In this document: one piece after another, positions 44,665 through 54,025 of the stretch | Layout: the number at the start of each line of letters is the position of its first letter | Position numbering within the stretch: position 1 is the first letter of the stretch | Source of the DNA: an uncultured Chloroflexia bacterium | Lineage (GTDB): Bacteria > Chloroflexota > Limnocylindria > Limnocylindrales > CSP1-4 | Length of the DNA stretch: 64,000 bases | Assembly: GCA_963746845.1 (NCBI GenBank) | Contig: CAVVCZ010000001.1 | Coordinates: 160,001 to 224,000 of the forward strand | Reading direction: 5' to 3' | Notes under the pieces: model-generated | Database searches by the model: none | Seen by the model: only the letters and a program-made list of their open reading frames with translations | What the model was told of the DNA's origin: nothing | Program-made: the position numbers and the translations under genes

Positions 44665-45848
44665 CAGCGGCGTCTCCCTCGGCGGCCCTGGCGGCCGCGC
44701 TCCTTGTGGCGAATCGTCTTGTCGACCGCGGCGGCCTTGCCGGCGGCACCCCCCAGCGGGGAGGTGGCCGGGCGGCTCTTGGGGTCGACCGGGGGTGGCA
44801 GGTTGATCGGGAACCTCGGCGTGTGGGCGACGGCGAACGCCGGCGTCCGGCCCAGGAACGGGAACATCCCGCCCCAGCCCGTGAACAGGTATTGCTGGAT
44901 GATCGAGAAGATCGTCGAAACGATGATGTAGAGGAGCAGGCCCGCCGGCCAGGTCCCGCCGAGGAACACGTAGATCAGCGGGAAGATCGCACCCATCTGG
45001 CGCTGGATCCGCTGGTTCGGGTCGTTCAGGTCGACCATTGCGCCCGACGGCAGGCTGAGGCGGGACTGGACGTACATCAGCGCGCCGGCGACCAGGCCAA
45101 GGACGCTGATGCCGAACGGTCCGACCGTGAACGCCACGAGCGGCAGGCTCCAGTTCACACCGAAGGCGACCGGGTCCAGGCACGGGTTGGTGACGTGACC
45201 GGCAGCGTTGATGATCGGCGCGGCGGCGCAGTGCATGTCGACGATCGTGAACCCGAAGATGTTCATCATCGCCTGGGGGTTGTAGTTGCTGAGGCCGGCG
45301 CTGAACACCGTGTAGAGCGGGATCAGTGGCAGGGTCACGAGCAGGATCGGCAGGCACCCGGAGAGGGGGCTGATCCCGCGCTCCTTGTAGAGCTGCTGCT
45401 GGGCGGCCTGAGCCTTCACCCGGTCGCCCTTGTAGCGCTTCTGGATCTCCTTGAGCTCCGGACCGAGGAGCTGCATCCGTCGCGAGGACACGATCTGGCG
45501 CCGGTAGAACGGCGTCAGCAGGGCCCGGAGGCCAACGGTCAGCAGGATGATCGCGATGGCGATGTTGCCGGTCAGCCTGTCGAGGAGGACGAGCAGGATG
45601 AAGAACGTCTGGTACAGCGGCGTGAACAGCCACGGGATGAACTCGAGGGGGCTCAGGCCGAACTTCGCCGGCTCCAGCGGGATCGCGGCGGGCGGGAGGG
45701 GCGTCGCGGTCGGGACGGCGCCGCTGCCGGCCGGGGAGCCGGACGGGCCGCCCACACCGGCGCACGCGGCGACGAGGATGGCGACGGCGACGATCCCGAG
45801 CAGGGGCAGCAGCCGGGCGAGATCGGAGCGGAGGCGCGAACGGGTCAC
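44664..45848 (-). CDS. yidC: Membrane protein insertase YidC
   Basis: AIILLT..LR, MQLL.PEL..IQKRY, LYKE.G.SP..GCLP, PAGLLLY; GTG 45848. Confidence 0.93.
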   Translation of the reverse strand: MTRSRLRSDLARLLPLLGIVAVAILVAACAGVGGPSGSPAGSGAVPTATPLPPAAIPLEPAKFGLSPLEFIPWLFTPLYQTFFILLVLLDRLTGNIAIAIILLTVGLRALLTPFYRRQIVSSRRMQLLGPELKEIQKRYKGDRVKAQAAQQQLYKERGISPLSGCLPILLVTLPLIPLYTVFSAGLSNYNPQAMMNIFGFTIVDMHCAAAPIINAAGHVTNPCLDPVAFGVNWSLPLVAFTVGPFGISVLGLVAGALMYVQSRLSLPSGAMVDLNDPNQRIQRQMGAIFPLIYVFLGGTWPAGLLLYIIVSTIFSIIQQYLFTGWGGMFPFLGRTPAFAVAHTPRFPINLPPPVDPKSRPATSPLGGAAGKAAAVDKTIRHKERGRQGRRGRRR

Positions 45849-45865
45849 TCGGTCTCTCGTGTGTG

Positions 45866-46072
45866 TCAGCGAACCGGGTCGTACCCACCCGGATGCCACG
45901 GGTGGCATCGGGCGATCCGCTTCGCGCCCATCCAGCTCCCGCGGAACAGGCCGTACTTCTGGATGGCCTGCTCCGTGTAGCGCGAGCAGGTGGGTTCGTA
46001 TCGACAGCTGGACGGCGCCCAGGCGAACACGATCCGATAGAGCCGGATGAGCCCGATCCCGATGGTCTTCAC
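45866..46072 (-). CDS. yidD: Membrane protein insertion efficiency factor YidD
   Basis: [20 protein letters not shown]. Confidence 0.95.
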   Translation of the reverse strand: MKTIGIGLIRLYRIVFAWAPSSCRYEPTCSRYTEQAIQKYGLFRGSWMGAKRIARCHPWHPGGYDPVR

Positions 46073-46422
46073 GACCCCGCCTGACCTCCCAGCACCCCTC
46101 CGCGCTGGAGGAGGCGTCGCAGCGTTTCGACCAGCGTCCGATGGTCCGCCTCGACAATCGCCGGTCGGGCGATGATCAGGACGTCCCAGCCGGGCTGGAA
46201 CGAGGGCGCCATCGCCCTGAGCACCTCCCGGAGCCGCCGCCGGACGCGATTGCGAACCACGGCGCCGCCAAGCTTCCGGCCTGTCGCCAGACCGAACCGG
46301 GTCGTCTCGAGGTCCGTTCGCAGGAAGCGGGCGGTGAGGAGGGGGTGGGACCGAACGGCCCCGGCCTGCATCGCCGCGAAGTCCTGCGGACGGGAGAGCA
46401 TCACGAGCCGCGGCGGATGCAT
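46069..46422 (-). CDS. rnpA: Ribonuclease P protein component
   Basis: [17 protein letters not shown] (RNR motif); between rpmH and yidD. Confidence 0.93.
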   Translation of the reverse strand: MHPPRLVMLSRPQDFAAMQAGAVRSHPLLTARFLRTDLETTRFGLATGRKLGGAVVRNRVRRRLREVLRAMAPSFQPGWDVLIIARPAIVEADHRTLVETLRRLLQRGGVLGGQAGS

Positions 46423-46436
46423 GCCGCGCTCGGTCG

Positions 46437-46571
46437 TCAGGCCGTCAGTCGCTTTCGACCACGGGCCCGCCGGGCGGCGATGACGCGGCGGCCACCGGCC
46501 GTTCGCATCCGGGCTCGGAAGCCGTGCTCCTTCGCGCGATGCCGCTTCTTGGGCTGATAGGTCTGCTTCAT
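46437..46571 (-). CDS. rpmH: 50S ribosomal protein L34
   Basis: [22 protein letters not shown]. Confidence 0.97.
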   Translation of the reverse strand: MKQTYQPKKRHRAKEHGFRARMRTAGGRRVIAARRARGRKRLTA

Positions 46572-46683
46572 CGGGACTGGACGCGATCCTCTCCGCTGGG
46601 CCCCGGGTCGACATCCGACCCCGGAAGGCACACGAACGCGCCGTGCGCCTCGTGAGCGCGTGGGCGCGTTCGTCGTCCGGCGG

Positions 46684-46713
46684 ATGATATGACGGCCCGT
46701 TTCCGAGTGTCAA
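46684..46713 (-). promoter_or_regulatory. Promoter of the rpmH operon
   Basis: TTGACA, 18-nt spacer, TATCAT on the minus strand. Confidence 0.75.
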
Positions 46714-46770
46714 ACGTCCGAACGGCCCGACAGGGTGGCCGGAACGGGCTTCCGCGGCCGTCCCGTTGCG

Positions 46771-46829
46771 ATACTCCCTGGGAGTATGCGGGAATCGCCT
46801 TGCGACGCCGGATCGGCCGGTGCTATCCT
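46771..46829 (+). promoter_or_regulatory. dnaA promoter with upstream palindrome
   Basis: ATACTCCC-T-GGGAGTAT (46771-46787); TTGCGA, 18-nt spacer, TGc-TATCCT. Confidence 0.6.
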
Positions 46830-47028
46830 CACCGGGCCCACGGCGCCGGGACGTTCGCGGGCCAGGCCCCAGGCACGTGAATCACCGGGGACCTGGAGCG
46901 TCGATCCGGCCGAGCCGGAGACCCTCCGAGTCCCGTCGTCGTCCGGTTCTCCGCGACCCCGCTCGGACCGCCGTGGCGGCCAATTCATCCTTCAAACACC
47001 GTTCTTGGATCGGGACATCATCGACCGT

Positions 47029-48399
47029 ATGGACGCCAAGCAGGTCTGGCGCGCCGCCCTCGGCGAGCTGCAGGTCTCTCTCTCGCCGGCCAACTTCGAG
47101 ACCTGGCTGCGCGACACGCAGCTGGTCGACGTCGACGAGCAGCGCTTCCGCATCGGCGTCCCGAACGGCTTCGCCAAGGACTGGCTGGAGAACCGCTACC
47201 GCTCGCTGATCAGCCAGACCCTGGCCCGGATCGTCGGCTACAGCGTCCAGGTCGAGTTCACGGTCATCCCCGTGGACCCGGCGACCGCCGGCGAGGAGGG
47301 CGTCGCGCCGTCGGCCGGCCCGTCCGCACCCCAGGTCCGTCTCGAGCCGGGTCGGGTCGGGGGCGAGGGCAGCTCGGCGAACCTGAACCCGCGCTACACG
47401 TTCGCCAACTTCATCGTCGGCTCCGCCAACCGTCTCGCCCACGCCGCGAGCCTGTCGGTCGCGGAGCGCCCAGGCCACGCCTACAACCCCCTGTTCCTGT
47501 ACGGCGGGGTCGGGCTCGGCAAGACCCACCTGATGCATGCGATCGGCAGCCAGGTGATCGCGAAGTTCCCGCGGAAGCGCGTCGTCTACGCGACGAGCGA
47601 GAAGTTCACGAACGAGTTCATCACCTCGATCCAGCAGGGCAAGATCGACGAGTTCCGCGCGCGCTACCGACGGATCGACCTCCTCCTCATCGACGACATC
47701 CAGTTCATCGCCGACAAGGAGCGGACCCAGGAGGAGTTCTTCCACACGTTCAACGCGATCCACGAGGACGGCAAGCAGATCGTCCTGTCGTCCGACCGCC
47801 CGCCGAAGGCGATCCTCACCCTCGAGGAGCGACTCCGCTCCCGATTCGAGTGGGGCCTGATCGCGGATCTGACCGCGCCGGACCTCGAGACGCGGATCGC
47901 GATCCTCCGGGCCAAGGCGGAGGAGGGCTCGGTGCCGATCACGTCCGACGTGATCGAGTTCATTGCCCGCAAGGTCGTCAGCAACATCCGCGAGCTCGAG
48001 GGAGCGCTCAACCGGATCGTGGCGTTCGCGTCCATGGGCGCAACCCCGATCTCGATCGAGCTCGCCCAGGCGGTGCTGTCGAACGTCCTCTACAACCCCA
48101 AGAAGCGGCAGGTCACCCCGGAGCGGATCGCCCGGGCGGTCGCGGACTACTACGGGGTCCCGATGGACGCGCTCCAGGGCCAGAAGCGGGACAAGGCAAT
48201 CGTCACGCCGCGCCAGGTCGCGATGTTCCTGATGCGCGAGGAGACGGACGTGTCGCTCCTCCGGATCGGGGCCGAGCTCGGCGGCCGGGACCACTCCACG
48301 GTCCTCCACGCCTGCGACAAGATCACCCGTGAGAGCGCCGTCAACGACGAGCTGCGCCGCGAGATCGCCGCCGTCCGCGAGCTGATCTACGCCGACTGA
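47029..48399 (+). CDS. dnaA: Chromosomal replication initiator DnaA
   Basis: YNPLFLYGGVGLGKTHL, LLIDDIQF, RLRSRFEWGL, GGRDHSTV; ATG 47029. Confidence 0.98.
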   Translation: MDAKQVWRAALGELQVSLSPANFETWLRDTQLVDVDEQRFRIGVPNGFAKDWLENRYRSLISQTLARIVGYSVQVEFTVIPVDPATAGEEGVAPSAGPSAPQVRLEPGRVGGEGSSANLNPRYTFANFIVGSANRLAHAASLSVAERPGHAYNPLFLYGGVGLGKTHLMHAIGSQVIAKFPRKRVVYATSEKFTNEFITSIQQGKIDEFRARYRRIDLLLIDDIQFIADKERTQEEFFHTFNAIHEDGKQIVLSSDRPPKAILTLEERLRSRFEWGLIADLTAPDLETRIAILRAKAEEGSVPITSDVIEFIARKVVSNIRELEGALNRIVAFASMGATPISIELAQAVLSNVLYNPKKRQVTPERIARAVADYYGVPMDALQGQKRDKAIVTPRQVAMFLMREETDVSLLRIGAELGGRDHSTVLHACDKITRESAVNDELRREIAAVRELIYAD

Positions 48400-48847
48400 T
48401 TCCGGCCCCTCGGGCGGGGTGAACCATTCGGCGACGGGCCTTGTGAACCGGTTCAGGAACCTCTCCGTGTGGACAACCGGGCCGAATCCGTGGACAACGG
48501 CCCGCCGTTGTGGACAGATCCCGCTCGCCGGCGTCGACGGCCCGGGGCCCCGGCGTGGACGATCGGGGCCCGATCCGAGGGCAGGCCTGGCGGGGCGGCG
48601 GGTCGTCCACCACCCGCCCACCATGGCGACACCGATCCTGCTCCGCCGGTCCACCGCGACCGCCCGGTCATCCACCGTCCCGCCGCGCACGGTCACGAGG
48701 CCCGGTCCACGGCGTCCACACCATGATGACGGTGATGACGGAATGAGAAGATAGGGAGAAGATACCCACGACCTCTCGACCGGCCCGCTGCGCCCGACTC
48801 GGGCCCGCCCGGACGACCCGGCCCCGTCACTTGGAGATCAACCCGAC
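48400..48847. other. oriC: Replication origin oriC
   Basis: dnaA-dnaN intergenic region with TGTGGACAA (48468), CGTGGACAA (48489), TGTGGACAG (48509), several TCCAC boxes on the other strand and a triplet tract at 48722-48745. Confidence 0.85.
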
Positions 48848-49963
48848 GTGAAGCTTTCGGTCATGCAGGAGAACCTCGCTCGCGGCCTGTCGGTCGTCAG
48901 CCGAGCCGTCTCGAACCGCTCCCTGCCGGTCCTGACGAACGTCCTCCTGAAGACCGAGGACGGCGGGCTGAAGCTCACCGCCACGAACCTCGAGATCGGG
49001 ATCACCTATTGGGTGTCCGGCAAGATCGAGACCGAGGGTGCGACGTCCGTGCCGGCTCGCCTGCTGACCGACCTCGTCAACAGCCTGCCGGGTGGTGAGC
49101 CGATCATCCTGGAGCTCGGCGAGGGCGAGACGCTCCACATCCGGGCCGGCCGGTTCGAGTCGAACATCAAGGGGATCCCGGCCGACGACTTCCCGACCGT
49201 CCAGACGGCCGGCGAGCGGCCGGTGACCCGGATCGAGCAGAAGGTCCTCCGCCAGGCGCTCGACGAGACGGCGTTCGCGGCCGCGAGCGACGAGGCCCGG
49301 CCGATCCTGACCGGTGTGCTCGCCCGGTTCGAGGGCGACCAGCTGACGCTCGCTGCGGCCGACAACTACCGGATCGCGGTCAAGCGCGTGACGGTCCTCG
49401 ATCCGGTCGAGGAGATGAGCGTCGTGATCCCGGCCCGGGCCCTGCACGAGCTGGCGCGCATCCTCACGGACACGGACGACCCGGTGTCGATCGTGCTCGC
49501 CCACTCGCGGAACCAGCTCCTGTTCCACGTCGAGGGCGTGGACCTCGTGACCCGCCTGATCGACGGCCAGTACCCCAACTACCAGTCGGTCCTGCCGGCG
49601 AGCCATGCGACCCGGGCGGTCCTCGATCGCGAGGAGCTCCTCCGGGCCGTCCGGCCGGCGGCCCTGATCGCCCATGAGTCGGCGAACATCGTGAAGCTCG
49701 GGGTGGGCCTGGACGGCGACCCGGGGATCACGGTGAGCGCGAACGCCGAGGTCGGCGACCACGTCGGCCACGTCGAGGCCGCGGTCGAGGGCGACGGCAC
49801 GACGATCGCGTTCAACGCCCGCTTCCTCGCGGACGTCCTCACGAACGTCGACGCGGACCAGTTCGCCCTGGAGCTGAACGGGCCGCTGTCACCCGGCGTG
49901 TTCAAGCCGGTCGGCGACGACCGGTACGTTCACGTCGTCATGCCGCTCCGGACGACGTCCTGA
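48848..49963 (+). CDS. dnaN: DNA polymerase III beta clamp
   Basis: ATNLE, RPILTGV, RLIDGQYPNY, VMPLR. Confidence 0.96.
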   Translation: MKLSVMQENLARGLSVVSRAVSNRSLPVLTNVLLKTEDGGLKLTATNLEIGITYWVSGKIETEGATSVPARLLTDLVNSLPGGEPIILELGEGETLHIRAGRFESNIKGIPADDFPTVQTAGERPVTRIEQKVLRQALDETAFAAASDEARPILTGVLARFEGDQLTLAAADNYRIAVKRVTVLDPVEEMSVVIPARALHELARILTDTDDPVSIVLAHSRNQLLFHVEGVDLVTRLIDGQYPNYQSVLPASHATRAVLDREELLRAVRPAALIAHESANIVKLGVGLDGDPGITVSANAEVGDHVGHVEAAVEGDGTTIAFNARFLADVLTNVDADQFALELNGPLSPGVFKPVGDDRYVHVVMPLRTTS

Positions 49964-51168
49964 CGGAGACCCTGCAGATCCCCGAGACGCGGGTCCCCGA
50001 CGAGGCGAACCTCGTCACCCACCTGTCGATCGCGGGCCTCCGGTCGTACGCGGCGCTCGAGATCGACTTCGCGGCCGGGCCACAGCTGGTCGCCGGACCG
50101 AACGCCGCCGGCAAGACGACCCTGCTCGAGGCGATCGTCCTGCTCGCCTGGGGCCGCTCACACCGGACCTCGACCGACGCGGAGCTCATCCGGTGGGGCA
50201 TGGACCTCGCCCGCGTCGAAGGCCGCGCGGGCCGCGAGTCCATCGAGGTCGCGCTCGTCCGGCCCGGGTCGGACGGGGCCGCCCGCGGCGCCCGGAAGCG
50301 GATCCGCGTCAACGGGGTGGCACGACGGTCGACCGGCCTCGTCGGGCTGCTCCGGACCGTGGTCTTCGCCCCCGAGGAGATGCTCCTCGTCGCGGGCTCG
50401 CCGGGTCTCCGGCGCGCCGCGGTGGACCAGCTGGCAACCCAGCGGTCGGTGACCTATGCCCACGACCTCGCGACCTACACGCGGACGCTCCAGCAGCGGA
50501 ACAGCCTCCTGCGGGCGATCCGCGAGGAGCAGGCCGGCCGGGACGAGCTGGGGTTCTGGGACGCGTCGTTCCTCGACTCGGGCGCGGCGATCGTCGCCGA
50601 GCGGCTGCGGCTCCTCGCCGACCTCGGGGAGCCCCTGGCCCGGGCCCACGCCGAGATCGCCCCCGACGAGGCCGACGCGGCGCGGCTGGGGGTGGGCTAT
50701 GTGACGAACGCGCCGGCACTCACCGGGGAGTCGCCGCGGGACGCGCTGGCCCGCCGGCTCACGGAGACGGCCGAGAAGGAGGTCTGGAACGGCTCCACGC
50801 TCATCGGCCCGCACCGTGACGACCTCGTCTTCACCCTCGACGGGCGCGACATGGCCGGCTTCGCGTCCCGCGGCCAGCAGCGGACGGCGATCCTCGCGTT
50901 CAAGCTCGCGGAGCTCGACCTGCTGACCGCCCAGGACGGTCGCCCGCCGCTCCTGCTGCTCGACGACGTCTTCTCGGAGCTGGATCCGGAGCGACGCGCC
51001 CACCTCGTCCGGCGGATCGCGGACCTGCCCCAGTCGTTCGTCACGACGACGACACTCGACGACCTCGATCCGGCCCTCGTCACGGCGTCGACGGCCTGGG
51101 AGGTGTCCGCGGACGCGGGCGACGGGGCGACGCTGCGACCCGCGGGCGCCCGACCCGCGGGCCCGTGA
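49960..51168 (+). CDS. recF: DNA replication/repair protein RecF (probable CTG start)
   Basis: Frame extends upstream of the tracked ATG 50200 to include LRSY and GPNAAGKTTLLEAI; GPHRDDL, SRGQQR, LLLDDVFSELD. Confidence 0.93.
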   Translation: MTETLQIPETRVPDEANLVTHLSIAGLRSYAALEIDFAAGPQLVAGPNAAGKTTLLEAIVLLAWGRSHRTSTDAELIRWGMDLARVEGRAGRESIEVALVRPGSDGAARGARKRIRVNGVARRSTGLVGLLRTVVFAPEEMLLVAGSPGLRRAAVDQLATQRSVTYAHDLATYTRTLQQRNSLLRAIREEQAGRDELGFWDASFLDSGAAIVAERLRLLADLGEPLARAHAEIAPDEADAARLGVGYVTNAPALTGESPRDALARRLTETAEKEVWNGSTLIGPHRDDLVFTLDGRDMAGFASRGQQRTAILAFKLAELDLLTAQDGRPPLLLLDDVFSELDPERRAHLVRRIADLPQSFVTTTTLDDLDPALVTASTAWEVSADAGDGATLRPAGARPAGP

Positions 51169-51191
51169 CCGCCCCATGACCGCCCCGTGAC
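51165..51191 (+). repeat. 11-bp tandem repeat (RTGACCGCCCC) encoding two MTAP micro-ORFs
   Basis: GTGACCGCCCC ATGACCGCCCC GTGAC. Confidence 0.8.
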
Positions 51192-51519
51192 GAGCCGGCG
51201 CCGGCCGATGGTCCGGATCGGCGACCTTCTGCCGGACGCAGCTCGCGGTCTCGGCCTCGAGGATGAGCTGCGTCTGTCCCGGGCGATGGCGACGTTCGAG
51301 CAGCTGGTCGGCGAGCGCGTCCCGGCTGCGTCCGGGTCGTGCCGGGTCGTCCGCGTCGACGGGGCCACGATCGTGGTCGAGGCCGACGCCCCGATCGTCG
51401 CCCAGGAGCTCCGCCTCCACGTGCCCGAGCTCCTCGCGGCGCTCGCCGGCAGCCCGGCCGGAGCCGGCGTGCGGGAGATCCGGGTCGGCGTCGGTCGCGG
51501 GACCCCGCGTCCGGGCTGA
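51187..51519 (+). CDS. dciA: DciA / DUF721 family protein
   Basis: Position after recF; IVVEADAPIVAQELRL..PELL pattern. Confidence 0.75.
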   Translation: MTSRRRPMVRIGDLLPDAARGLGLEDELRLSRAMATFEQLVGERVPAASGSCRVVRVDGATIVVEADAPIVAQELRLHVPELLAALAGSPAGAGVREIRVGVGRGTPRPG

Positions 51520-51684
51520 CGCGGGCACCGGGATGCAGGGGGTGAGCGATCCACAGGCCGCCGCTATACTGCGCGGGCCTGCCAGCCAAGCTCGGGGCGT
51601 TCGTCCCGAATTCATTCGGGGCCGCCCGGGCGATCCGCGCCTGTCCGCCGATCCCTGGCGCTCACGACAACGAGAGACCTGACT

Positions 51685-54000
51685 TTGGCCGTCCGTCTGC
51701 AGATGAAGCTCGGGGTGATCGCCGAGCCCGAGCGCGCGTCCGACTCTCCCGACACGGTCGTGATCGTCGAGCCGACGATCGGGGCGATCGCGCGATCCAA
51801 GGGCAACCTGTACCTGATCGTCACCTCGACCGTGTCGTCGGCGAAGGCCCAGGAGGCCACCCAGCTCGCGGCCGAGTCCATCCGGGGCGAGTACTACTAC
51901 GACGAGTCGGCCGGCATCCGCGTCTGCATCGAGAAGGCGATTGCCTCGGCGAACAAGCGCCTGAACCATCAGCGCGAGCGCCTCGCGCTGCAGGGGACCG
52001 GCGAGAACGGCCCGGTCGGGATCGGGATCGCCGTCGTCCGCAACAACGAGCTGTACGTCGCGACGATCGGCCCGGCCGAGGCCTACCTGATCCGCCAGGC
52101 CCGGCTGTCGACGCTGCCGGATCCGCACCGCGAGCGCGGCCTCCCGACGGGCGACCTGGAGCCGGACGTCTGGCGCGGCGAGATCAACGTGGGCGATTCG
52201 CTCGTCCTGGTCTCGCCGAACGTGATGAGCCGGCTCGCCGCGGACGAGCTCAAGGACGCGATGGTCACGCTCCATCCGCAGCCCGCGATGGAGCATCTCC
52301 ACCACCGGTTCCTCGCGGCGGACGGCGCCGGCAGCGACGCCATCATCGCGTTCGAGGCCACCGAGGTCGCCTCGACCCACCGGTCGCGGACGCTCGTGCC
52401 GGTCCGGCCTGCCGAGCCGCTCGCCGGTGCGCCGGACCGATCGCCGATCCCCCTGGCCGACAATGTGAGCGGCGGGGTGGCGGCCGTGACGGCATCGGCG
52501 GGCCGGGCCAAGGCGGCGGCCGGCGGCGTCTTCGCGGGGCTGCTCCGGCGGGTCCAGGACCTGATGCCGCGCCGTCGGGCGGCGTATCGGCGGGTGACCC
52601 CGGCGTCGAGCAAGCGCGAGACCCAGCGTAGGGCCGCGGTCGCGATCCTCGCCCTGGTCGTCGTGATCGGCGGTCTGGCGGGCTTCATCTACACGATCGG
52701 CGGGCAGGGGACCGGCGGACCACTCGCGTCGGTCACGGCGGCCGAAGCCGCCCTTCGGACCGTCCGGACGGATCTCGGCCAGGTCTTCGCGCCCGGCGTC
52801 GACCTCGTCGAGGGGGACCCCGGCAAGGCGATGCAGCTGCTGACCGACGCGTACCACGCGGTCGATGCGGCGAAGACCGCCAACGTGCCGCCGTCGACCC
52901 TCGACCCGCTCCGCGCCCAGGTCACCGGTGGGCTCGACCGTCTCTTCCACGTCGTCCCGGTCGGCAGCGCCACGGTCGTCTCGTTCGCCGGCGCCAAGGC
53001 CCCGGTCGACATCTCGTCGATGATCCTCGGTCCGGACGGGATGCCGTACATCCTCGACAAGGCGTCGGGGTCGGTCTACCGGATCGACCTCCGGACGAAG
53101 AAGCCCACCCTCGTCTTCCGCCAGAAGACCAAGGCCGCCGGGGCGACCGAGGGGGTCCCGAAGCTGCTCGCGACCGGTGGCCGCGACCTGCTCGTCGTCG
53201 ACAACAAGAACGTCGTCTGGCGCTGGCGGCCCGCGGACACGAAGGGCAACGGCACGATCCGGACCGTCAAGGTCGCCGGGTCGCCCGGCTGGGGCGACGA
53301 CGTGGTCGCGGTCGGGACGTTCCTGCGCGACGTGAGCGCGGGCCTCTACAACCTGTACGTCGTCGATCCGTCCGAGCAGAACATCCTCGCCTACACGCCG
53401 GCCCGCGACGGGAGCGGCTTCCCGGTCAACCCGCAGAACCGGCTGAGCGTCGCCCGCGACCTCTCGAAGGTGGACGACCTCCTGATCGACGGCGACATCT
53501 TCGTCGCCGACAACGGCGCGCTGTTCCGGTTCGTCGGCGGCAAGAGCGAGGGCTGGGAGACCCAGCCGCCGGGCTACACGGGTGACACCCGGGACGGCGA
53601 CACGCTCCTGCGGACGACGCCGTACTACTCACTGATCGCGTCCGCCAGCGACAAGCGGACGGGCGTGCTCTACGCCTGGGATCGCGACAATGCGCGGGTC
53701 GTGGCCCTCGACAAGGCCAAGGGGACGTTCATCGAGCAGTACCGGCTCGCGGGCGGCAGCCCGCTCTGGGCGGACGTGCGCGGCATGTACGTGGTCCTCG
53801 GCTCCGGGCCGGAGGCGCCGACGACCCTCGTCTGGGCGACGAAGGACGGGGTCCAGACCGCCGTGCTCGAGGCGGTGCCGGACACCGCGCCCGGCGCATC
53901 GGGATCCCCGTCCCCGTCCGGCTCGGGGGTGCCGAGCTCCGCCAAGCCCTCAGCCAAGCCCTCGGCAAAACCGTCCGCCAAGGCGAGCCCACGGCGCTAG
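51685..54000 (+). CDS. Single-pass membrane protein: degenerate PP2C-like domain, TM helix, extracellular beta-propeller
   Basis: N-terminal PP2C-like topology (LYVATIG...AYLIR, GD.LVLVS), TM AVAILALVVVIGGLAGFIY, YILD/LYVVD/IFVAD repeats, SAKP tail; TTG start. Confidence 0.7.
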   Translation: MAVRLQMKLGVIAEPERASDSPDTVVIVEPTIGAIARSKGNLYLIVTSTVSSAKAQEATQLAAESIRGEYYYDESAGIRVCIEKAIASANKRLNHQRERLALQGTGENGPVGIGIAVVRNNELYVATIGPAEAYLIRQARLSTLPDPHRERGLPTGDLEPDVWRGEINVGDSLVLVSPNVMSRLAADELKDAMVTLHPQPAMEHLHHRFLAADGAGSDAIIAFEATEVASTHRSRTLVPVRPAEPLAGAPDRSPIPLADNVSGGVAAVTASAGRAKAAAGGVFAGLLRRVQDLMPRRRAAYRRVTPASSKRETQRRAAVAILALVVVIGGLAGFIYTIGGQGTGGPLASVTAAEAALRTVRTDLGQVFAPGVDLVEGDPGKAMQLLTDAYHAVDAAKTANVPPSTLDPLRAQVTGGLDRLFHVVPVGSATVVSFAGAKAPVDISSMILGPDGMPYILDKASGSVYRIDLRTKKPTLVFRQKTKAAGATEGVPKLLATGGRDLLVVDNKNVVWRWRPADTKGNGTIRTVKVAGSPGWGDDVVAVGTFLRDVSAGLYNLYVVDPSEQNILAYTPARDGSGFPVNPQNRLSVARDLSKVDDLLIDGDIFVADNGALFRFVGGKSEGWETQPPGYTGDTRDGDTLLRTTPYYSLIASASDKRTGVLYAWDRDNARVVALDKAKGTFIEQYRLAGGSPLWADVRGMYVVLGSGPEAPTTLVWATKDGVQTAVLEAVPDTAPGASGSPSPSGSGVPSSAKPSAKPSAKPSAKASPRR

Positions 54001-54025
54001 GGCGTCGGCCGCTCCACCCGACGGC

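Noticed and set aside
53935-53990. 12-bp tandem repeat
   Set aside because: Simply encodes the low-complexity SAKP protein tail
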